Shown: piece by piece, positions 31,497-41,375 of the stretch | Position numbering within the stretch: the stretch's first letter is position 1 | Layout of the letters: every line of letters begins with the position of its first letter | Assembly (NCBI GenBank): GCA_965223845.1 | Contig: CBDCXR010000004.1 | Coordinates: forward strand, 5,536,001-5,600,000 | Reading direction: 5' to 3' | DNA from: Planctomycetota bacterium | GTDB taxonomy: Bacteria; Planctomycetota; UBA8108; SXIK01 | Length of the DNA stretch: 64,000 bases | Translations under genes and position numbers: made by a program | Notes under the pieces: generated by a model | Databases searched by the model: none | What the model was told of the DNA's origin: nothing | Seen by the model: only the letters and a program-made list of their open reading frames with translations

Positions 31497-33545
31497 GTGC
31501 GAAGCGTCACACGGATCGCAGCACTCGTCGCCGTCGTTTCGGCGTCGGGTGGCGTGTTCGCTCAAGACTTCCCCGAAGGTCAGGAGGGAGAGCTCTACTA
31601 CGCTCCTCGTCTCGATCTCGTCGAAGGGGGAGCGCTCTCGATCGAGCTCGACGGCGAACTATCGGAGGACTACTGGACGAACGCGCATTGGCAGGGGTTC
31701 TCCCACATCCTCGGGACGGCGCCGACCGACAAGAACGACGCCGATTTCATCTGGGCGGCGGCCGCGGACCAGGAGTTCCTCTACGTCGCCTGGAGAGTTC
31801 TCGACGACGTCATGAACGTAGGCCAGCAGCCGGGCTGCGACGTCTGGCGCGACGATTCGATCGAGATCTACATCGACGCGAAGAACAACGGCCCGGACTG
31901 CACCGAGGGAGACTCCAGCTGCTACGAGCCCGACGACGCACAGCTCACGATCGGACTCGATCAATTCGAGGTCGAGGACCCGGAGTTGCTCCTGATCGGC
32001 GGTCTCGCCGGCGGCGGCGCGTGCGACTTCAGCATGCCGGAGCCGGACCTCATTCAAGGCATCGTCGCTCAGGTCACCAATGATGACGAGGAGTACATCG
32101 GCTGGCAGGGTGAGGTCGCGATCGCGCTCGAAACGATCGGGACGAACGGCGGTGACGGGACGCCGGAGTGGGTGATCGACCCGGACCACGGAACCGTCAT
32201 CGGCTTCGGCTTTCAATTGAACGACGACGACGATGGCGAGGACACGCGCGAGCACAAGCTCACTTGGGCTCTCATCGAGGACGTGGAGTCCGCATGGCGG
32301 AACCCTGGCGCATTCGGAAAGCTCATGTTCGTCGATCCGAAGCTCGAGCCGCCGCCCCTTCTCACCGCCGTCAGAGACGTCAGCTGCGACCGGAACGAGG
32401 ACGGCACGGTCGCCGTGAGCTGGACGAACCCCGATTCCGCCGACCCGGAGGTGGAGACGACGATCCTCGTCGATGGCGAGGAGGCCGGCTCGGCTCCCGG
32501 CGACGCCGAGGGCGCCGAGCTCCCTGCCGATGCCGTTCCGGACGACGGCGAGGATCACGTGATCACCGTCGTCAACAACAGCACTCAAGGCGCCGAGTGC
32601 ACGTTTCTTCAGTCGGACTTCGATTCCTGCGGCGGGATCCGCGAGTGGAACATCCTCGGCGGTTACCTGCGCGAAGGCGGTGCTGCGCCGGGCGACGATG
32701 CGATCCGGCTCGACTACATGACCGACGGCGACATATCGGAGACCGATTTCGAGTGGCGCCCGGGCGCCGAGCTCGAACCCGACGTCGGCGGCGCCTCCGC
32801 CGCGACTGCGGTGAACGGCGGCGCCGCAGGTCGAGCCCCGGGGGGCATCCCGACGGTCTTCTCGCGCCGAGCCGCGAGCGGCCGAGTCAACCTCAACGCC
32901 GAATTCGGCGGCCAGATCGAGCAAATCATGGCCTACGCGCAAACGTACGTGATCGTCGAGGAGCCGATGGACGTGCACCTCGGGATCGCGAGCGACGACT
33001 CGATCCAGGTGCTCCTCAACGGCGAAGAGGTCTTCCTCAACAACATCGGCCGGGGAGGAGCGGACTGCGCCAACCAGGACTTCACCTTTGATCCGGTCGA
33101 GCTCGAAGAAGGCGTCAACTCGCTCATGGTCAAGGTGTTCAACGGCGTCGGAGGCTGGGATTTCACGATTCGCTTCCAAGACGGCGGAGACCTCTTCTCC
33201 GAGATCGTGACGGAAGGGATCTCGATCAGCTCGACGCCGCCGGGCGGTCCTCCGGTCGAGCTGATCCGCCGCGGCGACGCAAACGACGACGGCGCGGTCA
33301 ACATCGCCGACATGATCTACATGCTGAACGGTCTCTTCGGCGACGGCTCTCCCCCGCCGTGCCTCGAAGCCGCGGAGATGAACGGAGACAACGCGTACAA
33401 CATCGCCGACGCGATCTACGGGCTGAACCGCCTGTTCGGAACCGGACCGCCTCCGGTCGGCGGACACGGGCCGGACGGAACGGACTGCGGTGCAGATCCC
33501 GAACCGGAGAACTCGATCGGCTGCGAAAGCACGACGAGCTGCTGA
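31497..33545 (+). CDS. Secreted CBM9-like + Ig-like + PA14-like protein with C-terminal dockerin-like domain
   Basis: DSIEIYID, GFGFQLNDDD, SDDSIQVLLNG, RRGDANDDGAVNIAD...CLEAAEMNGDNAYNIAD; GGGAGG upstream of GTG. Confidence 0.85.
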   Translation: MRSVTRIAALVAVVSASGGVFAQDFPEGQEGELYYAPRLDLVEGGALSIELDGELSEDYWTNAHWQGFSHILGTAPTDKNDADFIWAAAADQEFLYVAWRVLDDVMNVGQQPGCDVWRDDSIEIYIDAKNNGPDCTEGDSSCYEPDDAQLTIGLDQFEVEDPELLLIGGLAGGGACDFSMPEPDLIQGIVAQVTNDDEEYIGWQGEVAIALETIGTNGGDGTPEWVIDPDHGTVIGFGFQLNDDDDGEDTREHKLTWALIEDVESAWRNPGAFGKLMFVDPKLEPPPLLTAVRDVSCDRNEDGTVAVSWTNPDSADPEVETTILVDGEEAGSAPGDAEGAELPADAVPDDGEDHVITVVNNSTQGAECTFLQSDFDSCGGIREWNILGGYLREGGAAPGDDAIRLDYMTDGDISETDFEWRPGAELEPDVGGASAATAVNGGAAGRAPGGIPTVFSRRAASGRVNLNAEFGGQIEQIMAYAQTYVIVEEPMDVHLGIASDDSIQVLLNGEEVFLNNIGRGGADCANQDFTFDPVELEEGVNSLMVKVFNGVGGWDFTIRFQDGGDLFSEIVTEGISISSTPPGGPPVELIRRGDANDDGAVNIADMIYMLNGLFGDGSPPPCLEAAEMNGDNAYNIADAIYGLNRLFGTGPPPVGGHGPDGTDCGADPEPENSIGCESTTSC

Positions 33546-33606
33546 GCGGCCTAGAGTCGGGTCCGAACGCCTGCGGGCGTCGGGAATCGGCGAGATCCGC
33601 AGACGC

Positions 33607-33648
33607 AAGAGGCGCGCGTCCCTCTCCGGGGCGCGCGCCTCTTTTCTT
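33607..33648 (+). terminator. Intrinsic terminator
   Basis: AAGAGGCGCGCGTCCC / GGGGCGCGCGCCTCTT hairpin followed by TTCTT. Confidence 0.8.
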
Positions 33649-33693
33649 AGGCGGTACCGGTCGACAAGGTTCCGTCCGAAAGGACGCGTGAGA

Positions 33694-35376
33694 TCACTTC
33701 GCCGGCGCCGCCGATTCCACGAGTGTTCCCTCACCTTCGACCGCCTCGAAGTACCGGTCGAGCCCTCGCACATCGAACCGCTCCGTTTTCCCCCCGACCC
33801 AGCGCACGGTGAGGGAATCGATGCGCGACGCACTTCCGAGTCCGAAGAGCACGCGAAGATCGTTCTGCGAAAGATAGCTCCCGCCGCTCCGCACTTCGCG
33901 CACTTGCTGTCGACCACCCGCCGAGAGAACGATGCGCGCGCCGATCGCCGAGCGATTCGTCGTCTTGCCGACACAGCGGACGCCCAGCCAGTGCCCAGCG
34001 CGCTTCGTCTCGTTTCGGAAGACGTGGCAGCGACCCGCCCAGTTGCTCACGATGATATCTTCGTCGCCGTCGTTATCGAGATCTCCGGCCGCGGCACCGC
34101 GGCTGTTCGCGACGGCGGCGAGTGCGGGCGAATCCGCCGCGGACACGCGGTCGAACTTGCCGCTCCCCGCGTATCGAAAAAGGAGATTCTCCTGCGCCGC
34201 GCGACTCTGCGGTTGAAACGCTTCGACGTTCTCGAACACGTGGCCGTTCGCGACGAAGAGATCGAGGCCTCCGTCGAGATCGAAGTCCGCGAAGATCGCC
34301 GCCCAGCCGAGGTACGGATAGCTGTGGCGGCCGGTTCCGCTTCGATAGGAAACGTCCTCGAAGAGTCCTCCTCCGAGGTTGCGGTAGAGGCTGTTCGTCT
34401 CGCTCTCGAAATTCGTGACGACGAGGTCGAGCCGCCCGTCGCCGTCGAAGTCTCCCCAGTCGGTGCCCATCCCGTTCTCCATCTCGCCGTCCTCGCTGAG
34501 CGCGACGCCGGCGACGAGCCCGACCTCTTCGAACGTTCCGTCTCCGCGGTTGTGAAAGAGGAGATTGTCGGTCGCATCGTTCGCAACGTAGATGTCGATG
34601 GCGCCATCGCCGTCGTAATCGGCCGTCGCGACACCGAGCCCGCGGCCGCGCGGTGAGAGAAGACCGGCCGCGACCGTCACGTCCGTGAACTTGCCGCTTC
34701 CGTCGTTTTGAAAGAGTCGATCGGGGACCGCTCGATAGTCCTGCGGGACGCAGTAGGTCGGAATGCCCCGCTGCTCGCAGGTCTTCTCACGGCGGGAATC
34801 ATAAAGAACGTAGTTCGCGACGTAGAGATCGAGATCACCGTCGCGGTCGTAGTCGAGAAAGGCCGCGCTCGTGCTGAATGCTCCGTCGGCGAGACCCGCC
34901 CGTCCCGCGACTTCCGTGAATCGGCCGCGGTCGTTCAAGTAGAGTCGATTTCGGCCGTAGCAGCTCACGAAGAGATCGTCGTCGCCGTCGCCGTCGACGT
35001 CGCCCGCCGCACCACCGATGGCGTAACCGACGTCGACGAGGCCGGCGCTGATCGACGCGTCGACGAATCGGCCGCCGCCGACTCCGCGGTAGAAGCGCGT
35101 CCAGTCGCGTCCTTCACTCGGACAGCCGCTGAGCGCCGCGCCGCTCAGGAGAACAACGTCGAGCCAGCCGTCGCGGTCGAAGTCCGCGAGAACGACCCCG
35201 CCCCCGATCTGCTCGACGAAGAAGTGAGCGCCGCAACCGCCGTGTCGGTGTTCGAAGGTGATCCCGCTTTCTTCGGTCGCGTCGACGAGCTTTGGACCGT
35301 CGGCAGGGAGCGCGCGCGGCCAGAGCGCGAAGAGGAGAGCTGTGGTGACGGCGAGACCGTGAAACCCCCGTCGCAT
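33694..35376 (-). CDS. CRTAC1 family protein (FG-GAP repeats + ASPIC/UnbV)
   Basis: Repeated DxDxDGxxD motifs, SRGAAAGDLDNDG, AIGARI, GSYLSQ...FGLG; ATG overlaps the upstream stop (TGATG). Confidence 0.92.
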   Translation of the reverse strand: MRRGFHGLAVTTALLFALWPRALPADGPKLVDATEESGITFEHRHGGCGAHFFVEQIGGGVVLADFDRDGWLDVVLLSGAALSGCPSEGRDWTRFYRGVGGGRFVDASISAGLVDVGYAIGGAAGDVDGDGDDDLFVSCYGRNRLYLNDRGRFTEVAGRAGLADGAFSTSAAFLDYDRDGDLDLYVANYVLYDSRREKTCEQRGIPTYCVPQDYRAVPDRLFQNDGSGKFTDVTVAAGLLSPRGRGLGVATADYDGDGAIDIYVANDATDNLLFHNRGDGTFEEVGLVAGVALSEDGEMENGMGTDWGDFDGDGRLDLVVTNFESETNSLYRNLGGGLFEDVSYRSGTGRHSYPYLGWAAIFADFDLDGGLDLFVANGHVFENVEAFQPQSRAAQENLLFRYAGSGKFDRVSAADSPALAAVANSRGAAAGDLDNDGDEDIIVSNWAGRCHVFRNETKRAGHWLGVRCVGKTTNRSAIGARIVLSAGGRQQVREVRSGGSYLSQNDLRVLFGLGSASRIDSLTVRWVGGKTERFDVRGLDRYFEAVEGEGTLVESAAPAK

Positions 35377-36656
35377 CAGCGGCGCTCCTCCGCATTCCGA
35401 GAGTTCGGCGGCGGAACGTCCGAGCTCGTCGTCCCTGCGCCGGTCTCGATCCGCTTCCTCAAGGCCTCGAGATCGTCTCGCTCGGGATCGAGCTCGATCG
35501 CCCGGCGGATCCACTCGCGCGCCTCTCTCGGCTTGCTCGCGAGATGAAAAATCCACGCGACGTTCGCGAGCCGGGACGCGCTCGGCTCGAGGCGAGCCGC
35601 GGCCCGCGCGTGGCGTAGCGCGCTCGCGGCGTCGCCGCGCTTCAGGTAGGCGAGTCCGAGATTCGAGTGCGCGTTCACGAATGCGGGATGGGCGTCGAGC
35701 GCTCGCTCGTACGCGCGAATCGCACGGTCGAGGTCCCCCGCGCGGCGCATCGATTCCGCCCGCTCGTAGTGGAGTCGCGCCTTCGCGCGGCGAAACCGAA
35801 CGAGCGCCTCCCGGCCTTCGGTGTTGAGCTTGAGGCGAAAGCACACCTTCGCAAGCCGGTAGTGGGCCGGCGCAAAGGTGGCGTCGAGGTCGATCGCTTT
35901 CCGGAGCGACGCGCGCGCTGCCTTGAGCTCCCCCCGCGATTCGAGCGCGCCCGCGAGCGCATAGTGGACGAGGGCCACGTCGGCGTCGATCTCGAGGGCT
36001 CGACGAAACGCTTCGAGCGCAGCGTCGTCGCTTCCTGCGCGAGCGAGGACCGTGCCGAGGTTGTGCCACGCCGAAACGCTCTTCGGTGCGACCTCGACCG
36101 CGAGCTCGAGATTGCGCTGGGCCGAATCGAAATCGCCGAGCTCAGCGCGGACCAGGGCGAGCGCGACGAGCGCCGGAGCGTGATCGGCATCGACAGCGAG
36201 AGCCTGACGACAAGCCGCCTCGGCGAGATCGTAATCGCGAACGCGGCGATGGACTCTCCCGAGTGCGGCGTAGAGGGTCACCTCACGCGGGAGCGCCGCG
36301 ACGCCCCGCTCGAGGAGCTCGCGCGCCGAGGCGAAGTCTTGCATGCGCTCGTACGCGTCGGCGCCGAGGCGGTAGCCGCACGGGTCCCGTGGGCTGCGGG
36401 CGACGGCGGTCAGCGCGAGATCGGCAGCCTGCGCGAGATCGGCACGCTCGAGCGCGGCACTGACCTCCGCACAGGGCGAGGAAGGCTTCTCCGGCGCTTG
36501 CCCGGTGACGCGCGCGGCCGGTAGCGCCGCGAGCACGGCGGCGACGCAAGCGATCGAGCAGAGGCGCCGCGAGCGGTCGTCTCGCGACGACGGAGCTCGC
36601 CGACCGAGAACCGTCGCTCGGAGCTCTTTCGCCGGTTCCACGTTCGAAATCCTCAC
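35376..36656 (-). CDS. Secreted TPR protein
   Basis: Multiple TPRs (AWHNLG, AHYRLA, AHSNLG); coupled to the CRTAC1 gene; start approximate. Confidence 0.88.
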   Translation of the reverse strand: MRISNVEPAKELRATVLGRRAPSSRDDRSRRLCSIACVAAVLAALPAARVTGQAPEKPSSPCAEVSAALERADLAQAADLALTAVARSPRDPCGYRLGADAYERMQDFASARELLERGVAALPREVTLYAALGRVHRRVRDYDLAEAACRQALAVDADHAPALVALALVRAELGDFDSAQRNLELAVEVAPKSVSAWHNLGTVLARAGSDDAALEAFRRALEIDADVALVHYALAGALESRGELKAARASLRKAIDLDATFAPAHYRLAKVCFRLKLNTEGREALVRFRRAKARLHYERAESMRRAGDLDRAIRAYERALDAHPAFVNAHSNLGLAYLKRGDAASALRHARAAARLEPSASRLANVAWIFHLASKPREAREWIRRAIELDPERDDLEALRKRIETGAGTTSSDVPPPNSRNAEERR

Positions 36657-37034
36657 GCCGAAGTCCGCCGATCACCGCGTACCCGGTCCGCCACGATACT
36701 TCGCGCCGCGACCGGCCAGGATTGTCGGCGCTCGACGCATTCGGATCCACTGTCAATCGACGACCGAAGGTGCAGCAAGCACGTCATCCGCCGATGGGAT
36801 TCCCCGCCTACGCGCGAGCGAATCGCGTTCGCCCCGGGAGTGCCCCCCGGCAATTCCGGCCGTTCGAGGTGCTATCATCGCTCTTCGACTCCAACCGTGC
36901 TTCTCGCGAGGCGGGAGGCTTCGTAGAATCCTCGATCGCTTCGAGCGCGGGAAAACCTCGCCCGACGGTTCCTCCCTCGATCGAGTCTCGTTCCCTGGTT
37001 TCCCCAGTTCGCTTCGGTCGCCTGTCGCTTCCGC

Positions 37035-38846
37035 ATGTCGCTCCTTCTCCAAGTTCAAGCTCTCCGCAAATCCTACGGCGCGGATGTGATCCTCGACGGC
37101 GTCGATCTCACGTTCTCGCACGGTGATCGCATCGGCATGATCGGCCGAAACGGAGCGGGAAAGACCACTCTGCTTCGGATTCTCACGGGCGAGGAGGAGC
37201 CCGACTCCGGGGAGGTGCGCCGCGCTTCCGCGCTCCGGTGGAGCGCACTCGAGCAGAAGGATCCGTTTCGGCCCGGCGAGCGTGTCGACGAGTTTCTCGA
37301 GCGCAGCTCGGGGAAGGAAGAGTGGCAGTGCGGGAAGATCGCCGGCCGGTTTCAACTGAAGGGGGACGTGTTTCGCTCACCCATCGCGAGTCTTCCGGGA
37401 GGCTTTCAGACCCGAGTGAAGCTCGCGGCGATGCTGCTTCGCGATCCGAATCTTCTTCTTCTCGACGAGCCGACCAACTATCTCGACTTGAAGACGCTAC
37501 TCCTTCTCGAGCGCTTCCTCGGCGAGTTTTCGGGAGCCTACGTGATCGTTTCGCACGACCGCGAGTTCCTCAAGCGAACTTGTCGCCAAACGCTCGAGAT
37601 CGAGTTCGGCGATGCGGCCCTCTTTCCGGGCGACATCGAGGCGTACCTCGCGTACAAGGCCGAGCAGGTCGACCTCATCGAGCGCCAAAATCGAAACGTC
37701 GAAGCGAAGCGAAAGAGCCTCCAGCGGTTTGTCGATCGGTACCGAGTTCGCGCGGCGACCGCCTCGCGAGCGCAGTCGAAGCTAAAAGAGATCGAACGAC
37801 TCGAGACGACGGACGTTCGGCCGACCGCGCCGACCATCCATCTGAAGCTACCCTCCGTCGAGAAGAAGAAGGGTACGGCGCTCCGCTGCGCGGACTTCGC
37901 CATCGGTTACCCGGAGCGAACCGTCGCTGCGGGCATCCACTTCGAGATCGAGCGGGGCGAGCACGTCGCCGTGCTCGGCGACAACGGCGAAGGAAAGACA
38001 ACGTTCCTCCGCAGCATCGCCGGTCAACTCCCACCGAGAGGCGGGTCGTTCGAGTGGGGCTACGGTATCCGCCACGCGTTCTACGCCCAGCACGTCTACT
38101 CGGCGCTCCCGCCGAAAAAGACCGTGCTCGAGTACCTCGAGGGCCAGGCCGCGCGGGACGTTACCCGGCAGCAGGTTCTCGACCTCGCCGGCTGCTTTCT
38201 CTTTCGCGGCACCGAAGTCGACAAACGCATCGACGTCCTCAGCGGAGGCGAGCGAGCGCGTGCCTGTCTCGCCGGCATCCTTCTCAGCAAGGAACCGGTA
38301 CTCCTTCTCGACGAACCGACGAACCACCTCGATTTCGAGACGGTCGAAGCGCTCGCCACGGCGCTCCGCGACTACGCCGGCACCGTTTTCTTCATCAGCC
38401 ACGATCGGACATTCGTCAACTCCGTCGCGACGAACATCCTCGACGTGCGCGCGGGGTCGATTCGACTCTTTCCGGGAGACTACGACTCCTACGTCTACCA
38501 GATCGAGCGCGAGCTCGAACGTGCATCGGACGCCGAGCCCTCTCGCGGTCGCCCGACGCCGAGGCCGAAGCTCACGCACGAAGAGCGCAAGGAACGACGC
38601 GCGCAGATCACCAAGCTGAAGCGGCGAATCGAAAGCGCCGAGCGGCGACTTCGCGAGGCGACACAAGAGCGAGATGCGATCCACGCACACTTTCTCGCGC
38701 ATCCGCTCGAGCCAGCGGTCGACAAGCAGAAGCGACTCGAGGAGCTCACCGAGATCGCCGGCGCGGCGGAGAACGAGTGGCTGGGGCTGAACGAAGAGCT
38801 CGAGCGGATCGAGGGCTCGGACGGCGACAGCGCCGATTCGATGTAG
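37035..38846 (+). CDS. ABC-F family ATPase (Uup/YheS-like)
   Basis: Two ABC domains (GRNGAGKTT, DEPTN; GDNGEGKTT, LSGGE, DEPTNHLD), no TM, C-terminal coiled coil. Confidence 0.95.
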   Translation: MSLLLQVQALRKSYGADVILDGVDLTFSHGDRIGMIGRNGAGKTTLLRILTGEEEPDSGEVRRASALRWSALEQKDPFRPGERVDEFLERSSGKEEWQCGKIAGRFQLKGDVFRSPIASLPGGFQTRVKLAAMLLRDPNLLLLDEPTNYLDLKTLLLLERFLGEFSGAYVIVSHDREFLKRTCRQTLEIEFGDAALFPGDIEAYLAYKAEQVDLIERQNRNVEAKRKSLQRFVDRYRVRAATASRAQSKLKEIERLETTDVRPTAPTIHLKLPSVEKKKGTALRCADFAIGYPERTVAAGIHFEIERGEHVAVLGDNGEGKTTFLRSIAGQLPPRGGSFEWGYGIRHAFYAQHVYSALPPKKTVLEYLEGQAARDVTRQQVLDLAGCFLFRGTEVDKRIDVLSGGERARACLAGILLSKEPVLLLDEPTNHLDFETVEALATALRDYAGTVFFISHDRTFVNSVATNILDVRAGSIRLFPGDYDSYVYQIERELERASDAEPSRGRPTPRPKLTHEERKERRAQITKLKRRIESAERRLREATQERDAIHAHFLAHPLEPAVDKQKRLEELTEIAGAAENEWLGLNEELERIEGSDGDSADSM

Positions 38847-38855
38847 ACCGGATCG

Positions 38856-39011
38856 TCAGCTCGCGCTCGAGAGACCGTCGAAGCCGAGCCAGCCGGAAAT
38901 CTCCGGGCGCACGAGCTCCCACACGAACGCGCCCGAGGCGAAGAGGAGACTCGTGATCACGATCGCGACCAGGACGGCGATGATCGTGAGAGGTTCTCGA
39001 CGGGCGTTCAT
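38856..39011 (-). CDS. Small single-pass membrane protein (51 aa)
   Basis: MNARREPLTIIAVLVAIVITSLLFASGAFVW...; fills the gap convergent with ABC-F. Confidence 0.55.
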   Translation of the reverse strand: MNARREPLTIIAVLVAIVITSLLFASGAFVWELVRPEISGWLGFDGLSSAS

Positions 39012-39202
39012 GAGCGAGTGTTTCTCCGGGCGAAGTGTCCTCGAGCTCGCAGATCGGTGTCGCTCGCTCCCGTTGGACGATTCGAGGACCCGATCCCTTC
39101 GATTCGAGCGGCGCTCGGAGTCTGTGGACGCGGCGAGAGACTGGGCGTCCTCGCCGGATTGACCCGCCGCGCACCCCCGCGGAGAATCGAAGCGAGGCCG
39201 CC

Positions 39203-41269
39203 ATGTCGCACCGCACGATCTCGCTCCCGACGACAGCAAAAGCCCGCCGAGGAATCGGACGCGTTGGCCGGATGTTCTGGATCCGGGCGGCCGTGCTCGG
39301 CGCGGGCCTTGCCTCAGCCGGATGCGACGGTGCTTCCCCGGGCGACCGCTCTCCAAAGGCGACCTCCGATCCAGGAGATCCTCCGAGAGCCACGGGCGCC
39401 GACCGCGACGTGGAGAGACGCGGCCGAGCCCTCGAAGCGCTCGGCGATTGGTCCGCTGCGGCCGCGGTGTACGAGGACGCGGCGATCGACAAGGCCGGAA
39501 TCGATGACGTCTGGGTGAGGAAGGCGATCCTCGCGCACATGATGGCCGACGCGCCCGAAGCCGCCGAGCGCTTTGCTCGCTCCGCGCTCGCGCGGGCGCC
39601 GGGCGCCCATCGCGTTCTCTTCTATCTCGGCGACAGCCAGCGCGTCACCATGCGCTTCGACGAGGCCGCCTCCTCGCTCGACGAGTTCCTCGCCCTCGAG
39701 CCCGACCACCTCGAAGCAAATCTATCGCTCGGGCACGTCCGGCTTCGACTCGGCGACGCCGAACGCGCCCTCGCACGCTTCGATCGGTTTCTGCGCGCGA
39801 GCTCGCCCGATGGGGAGTTCGCGGCGGCGGCGCGGCTCGGACGCGTGCGCGCGCTCCGTCGTCTCGGCCGGCGCGAGGCAGCCGCCGACGCGGCGCTCGA
39901 AGCTCTCGAGATCCGGCCGTTCGACCACGACGCGCTCGTCGAGGCGACGCAGTCGTTCGCGCAGGTTCGAATGCCCGAGCTCGCGAAGGCCGCGCGCGTG
40001 CTCCAGCAGTGGCTCGCCAAGCGCGGACACGGACTGAGCAGCGAAGATCCGGACGTCCTCGTTCGCGCGAAGAAAACCGCCTCGGAAGCGCTCCGCGCTG
40101 CCGACCGGCGCGAGTTCAAGTCGGCGCTCGAGCTCTTCCGTCGAGCCACCCAGGAACGACCGGCGGATCTCGCTCTCGCCGAGGCCGCCGCGGACTTCCT
40201 TCTTCGGTTGAAGCGTTTCGAGGAGTGTCTCGTCGCGGCGGAACGCGCCGTTCGCGCGGCCGGTCGGGAGAGCGCATCGCTCACTCTCGCGCGGGCGACT
40301 GCGCTCTCGGGACTCGGCCGAAAGGACGAGGCGAGGAGGCTCGTTCGCGACGCCGTGGCACGCGTCCCGTCGGTGCGCGGAGACGCAAGTGAGGCGACAG
40401 CGGGAGACGCGGCGACCGCATTTCTCGTCGCGGCCGCCGAGTTCGAGCTCGGGACGGACGGAGACCCGCGCGTCGCCCTCGAGTGGTGCGAGCGAGCGGT
40501 GACTTCGCCCGACCGCGGCGAGGCGCTGATCACGGGGGCGCGAGCGGCGCTCGCGCTGGGCGATGTCGAACGCGCGCGCGGATTCATCGCGCAAGTTGGA
40601 GCGGGAGTTTCCTCCGACCGTCCCGGCCGCGTTCGCGTCGAGTCGGTTCTCAAGGGACTCTCCGGCGACCTCGACGGCGCGGCGCGTGGGCTGATGTCGC
40701 TCGTCAAGGCCTCGCCGAACGAGTTCGAAAACTACCGTGCGTTCAAACGCGTGTTCGGCACGCAGCGCCACGTTTCGCAGGTCGCCGAGCTCATCGCCCT
40801 CGGCGACCGGAAGCGCGAGAGCCGAGCTCGACTGGAGTCGGCCGCGCGCGCGGCAGCAGAGGTCCCGCTCTTCGAGGGCGATGCGAAGACGGACACCCTC
40901 GCGGCGACACGATACCGAGAGCTCGCCGGGGCGGCACGGGAGTGCGGCGAAACGGCACTCGCGCTCGATGCGCACTTCCTTGCGAGCGAGCTCGCTCCCG
41001 CTTCGACGGCCAGCCTCGAGGCCGCACTCGCGATCCTCCACTCACCGGCGGACGTCTTCGCGCGCCTCCACGTCCTTCGCCGACTCCGCGTTCAGCGCCC
41101 GGACGAGCCGGCGTTCGCTCGCAGAGCGATCGAGGAGTATCTTGCGCTCGGGCTTCGATTCGATGCAGCGCTCGAGCTCGCGACGAAGCTCGCCGCGCGC
41201 GAGCCGGGTTCCTCGGCCGACGCGCTGATCGCCCGCGTTCGACGTGCGATCGACGCGCGGCAGAAATGA
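39203..41269 (+). CDS. TPR-repeat lipoprotein
   Basis: LASAGC lipobox, Ala-rich TPR-like helices. Confidence 0.8.
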   Translation: MSHRTISLPTTAKARRGIGRVGRMFWIRAAVLGAGLASAGCDGASPGDRSPKATSDPGDPPRATGADRDVERRGRALEALGDWSAAAAVYEDAAIDKAGIDDVWVRKAILAHMMADAPEAAERFARSALARAPGAHRVLFYLGDSQRVTMRFDEAASSLDEFLALEPDHLEANLSLGHVRLRLGDAERALARFDRFLRASSPDGEFAAAARLGRVRALRRLGRREAAADAALEALEIRPFDHDALVEATQSFAQVRMPELAKAARVLQQWLAKRGHGLSSEDPDVLVRAKKTASEALRAADRREFKSALELFRRATQERPADLALAEAAADFLLRLKRFEECLVAAERAVRAAGRESASLTLARATALSGLGRKDEARRLVRDAVARVPSVRGDASEATAGDAATAFLVAAAEFELGTDGDPRVALEWCERAVTSPDRGEALITGARAALALGDVERARGFIAQVGAGVSSDRPGRVRVESVLKGLSGDLDGAARGLMSLVKASPNEFENYRAFKRVFGTQRHVSQVAELIALGDRKRESRARLESAARAAAEVPLFEGDAKTDTLAATRYRELAGAARECGETALALDAHFLASELAPASTASLEAALAILHSPADVFARLHVLRRLRVQRPDEPAFARRAIEEYLALGLRFDAALELATKLAAREPGSSADALIARVRRAIDARQK

Positions 41270-41309
41270 AAAGAGCGCCCGAAGGACGCGAGTCCTTCGG
41301 GCGCTCTTT
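41270..41309. terminator. Bidirectional terminator hairpin (paralogue-1 copy)
   Basis: 18-bp stem AAAGAGCGCCCGAAGGAC-GCGA-GTCCTTCGGGCGCTCTTT between convergent genes. Confidence 0.85.
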
Positions 41310-41375
41310 CTGCTGCCGACACCGGGATGGCTCAGCGACGATCTCGCGAAACCACACGCGGTGTCGTCCGGGCGA

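Noticed and set aside
31659-33974. Long antisense or alternative-frame ORFs (also 1317-2672, 37238-38956, 55580-57115, 62084-63712, and 5' extensions of 4439-7123 and 33694-36069)
   Set aside because: Arg/Ala/Pro-rich shadows of well-supported genes, expected in high-GC DNA with few stop codons
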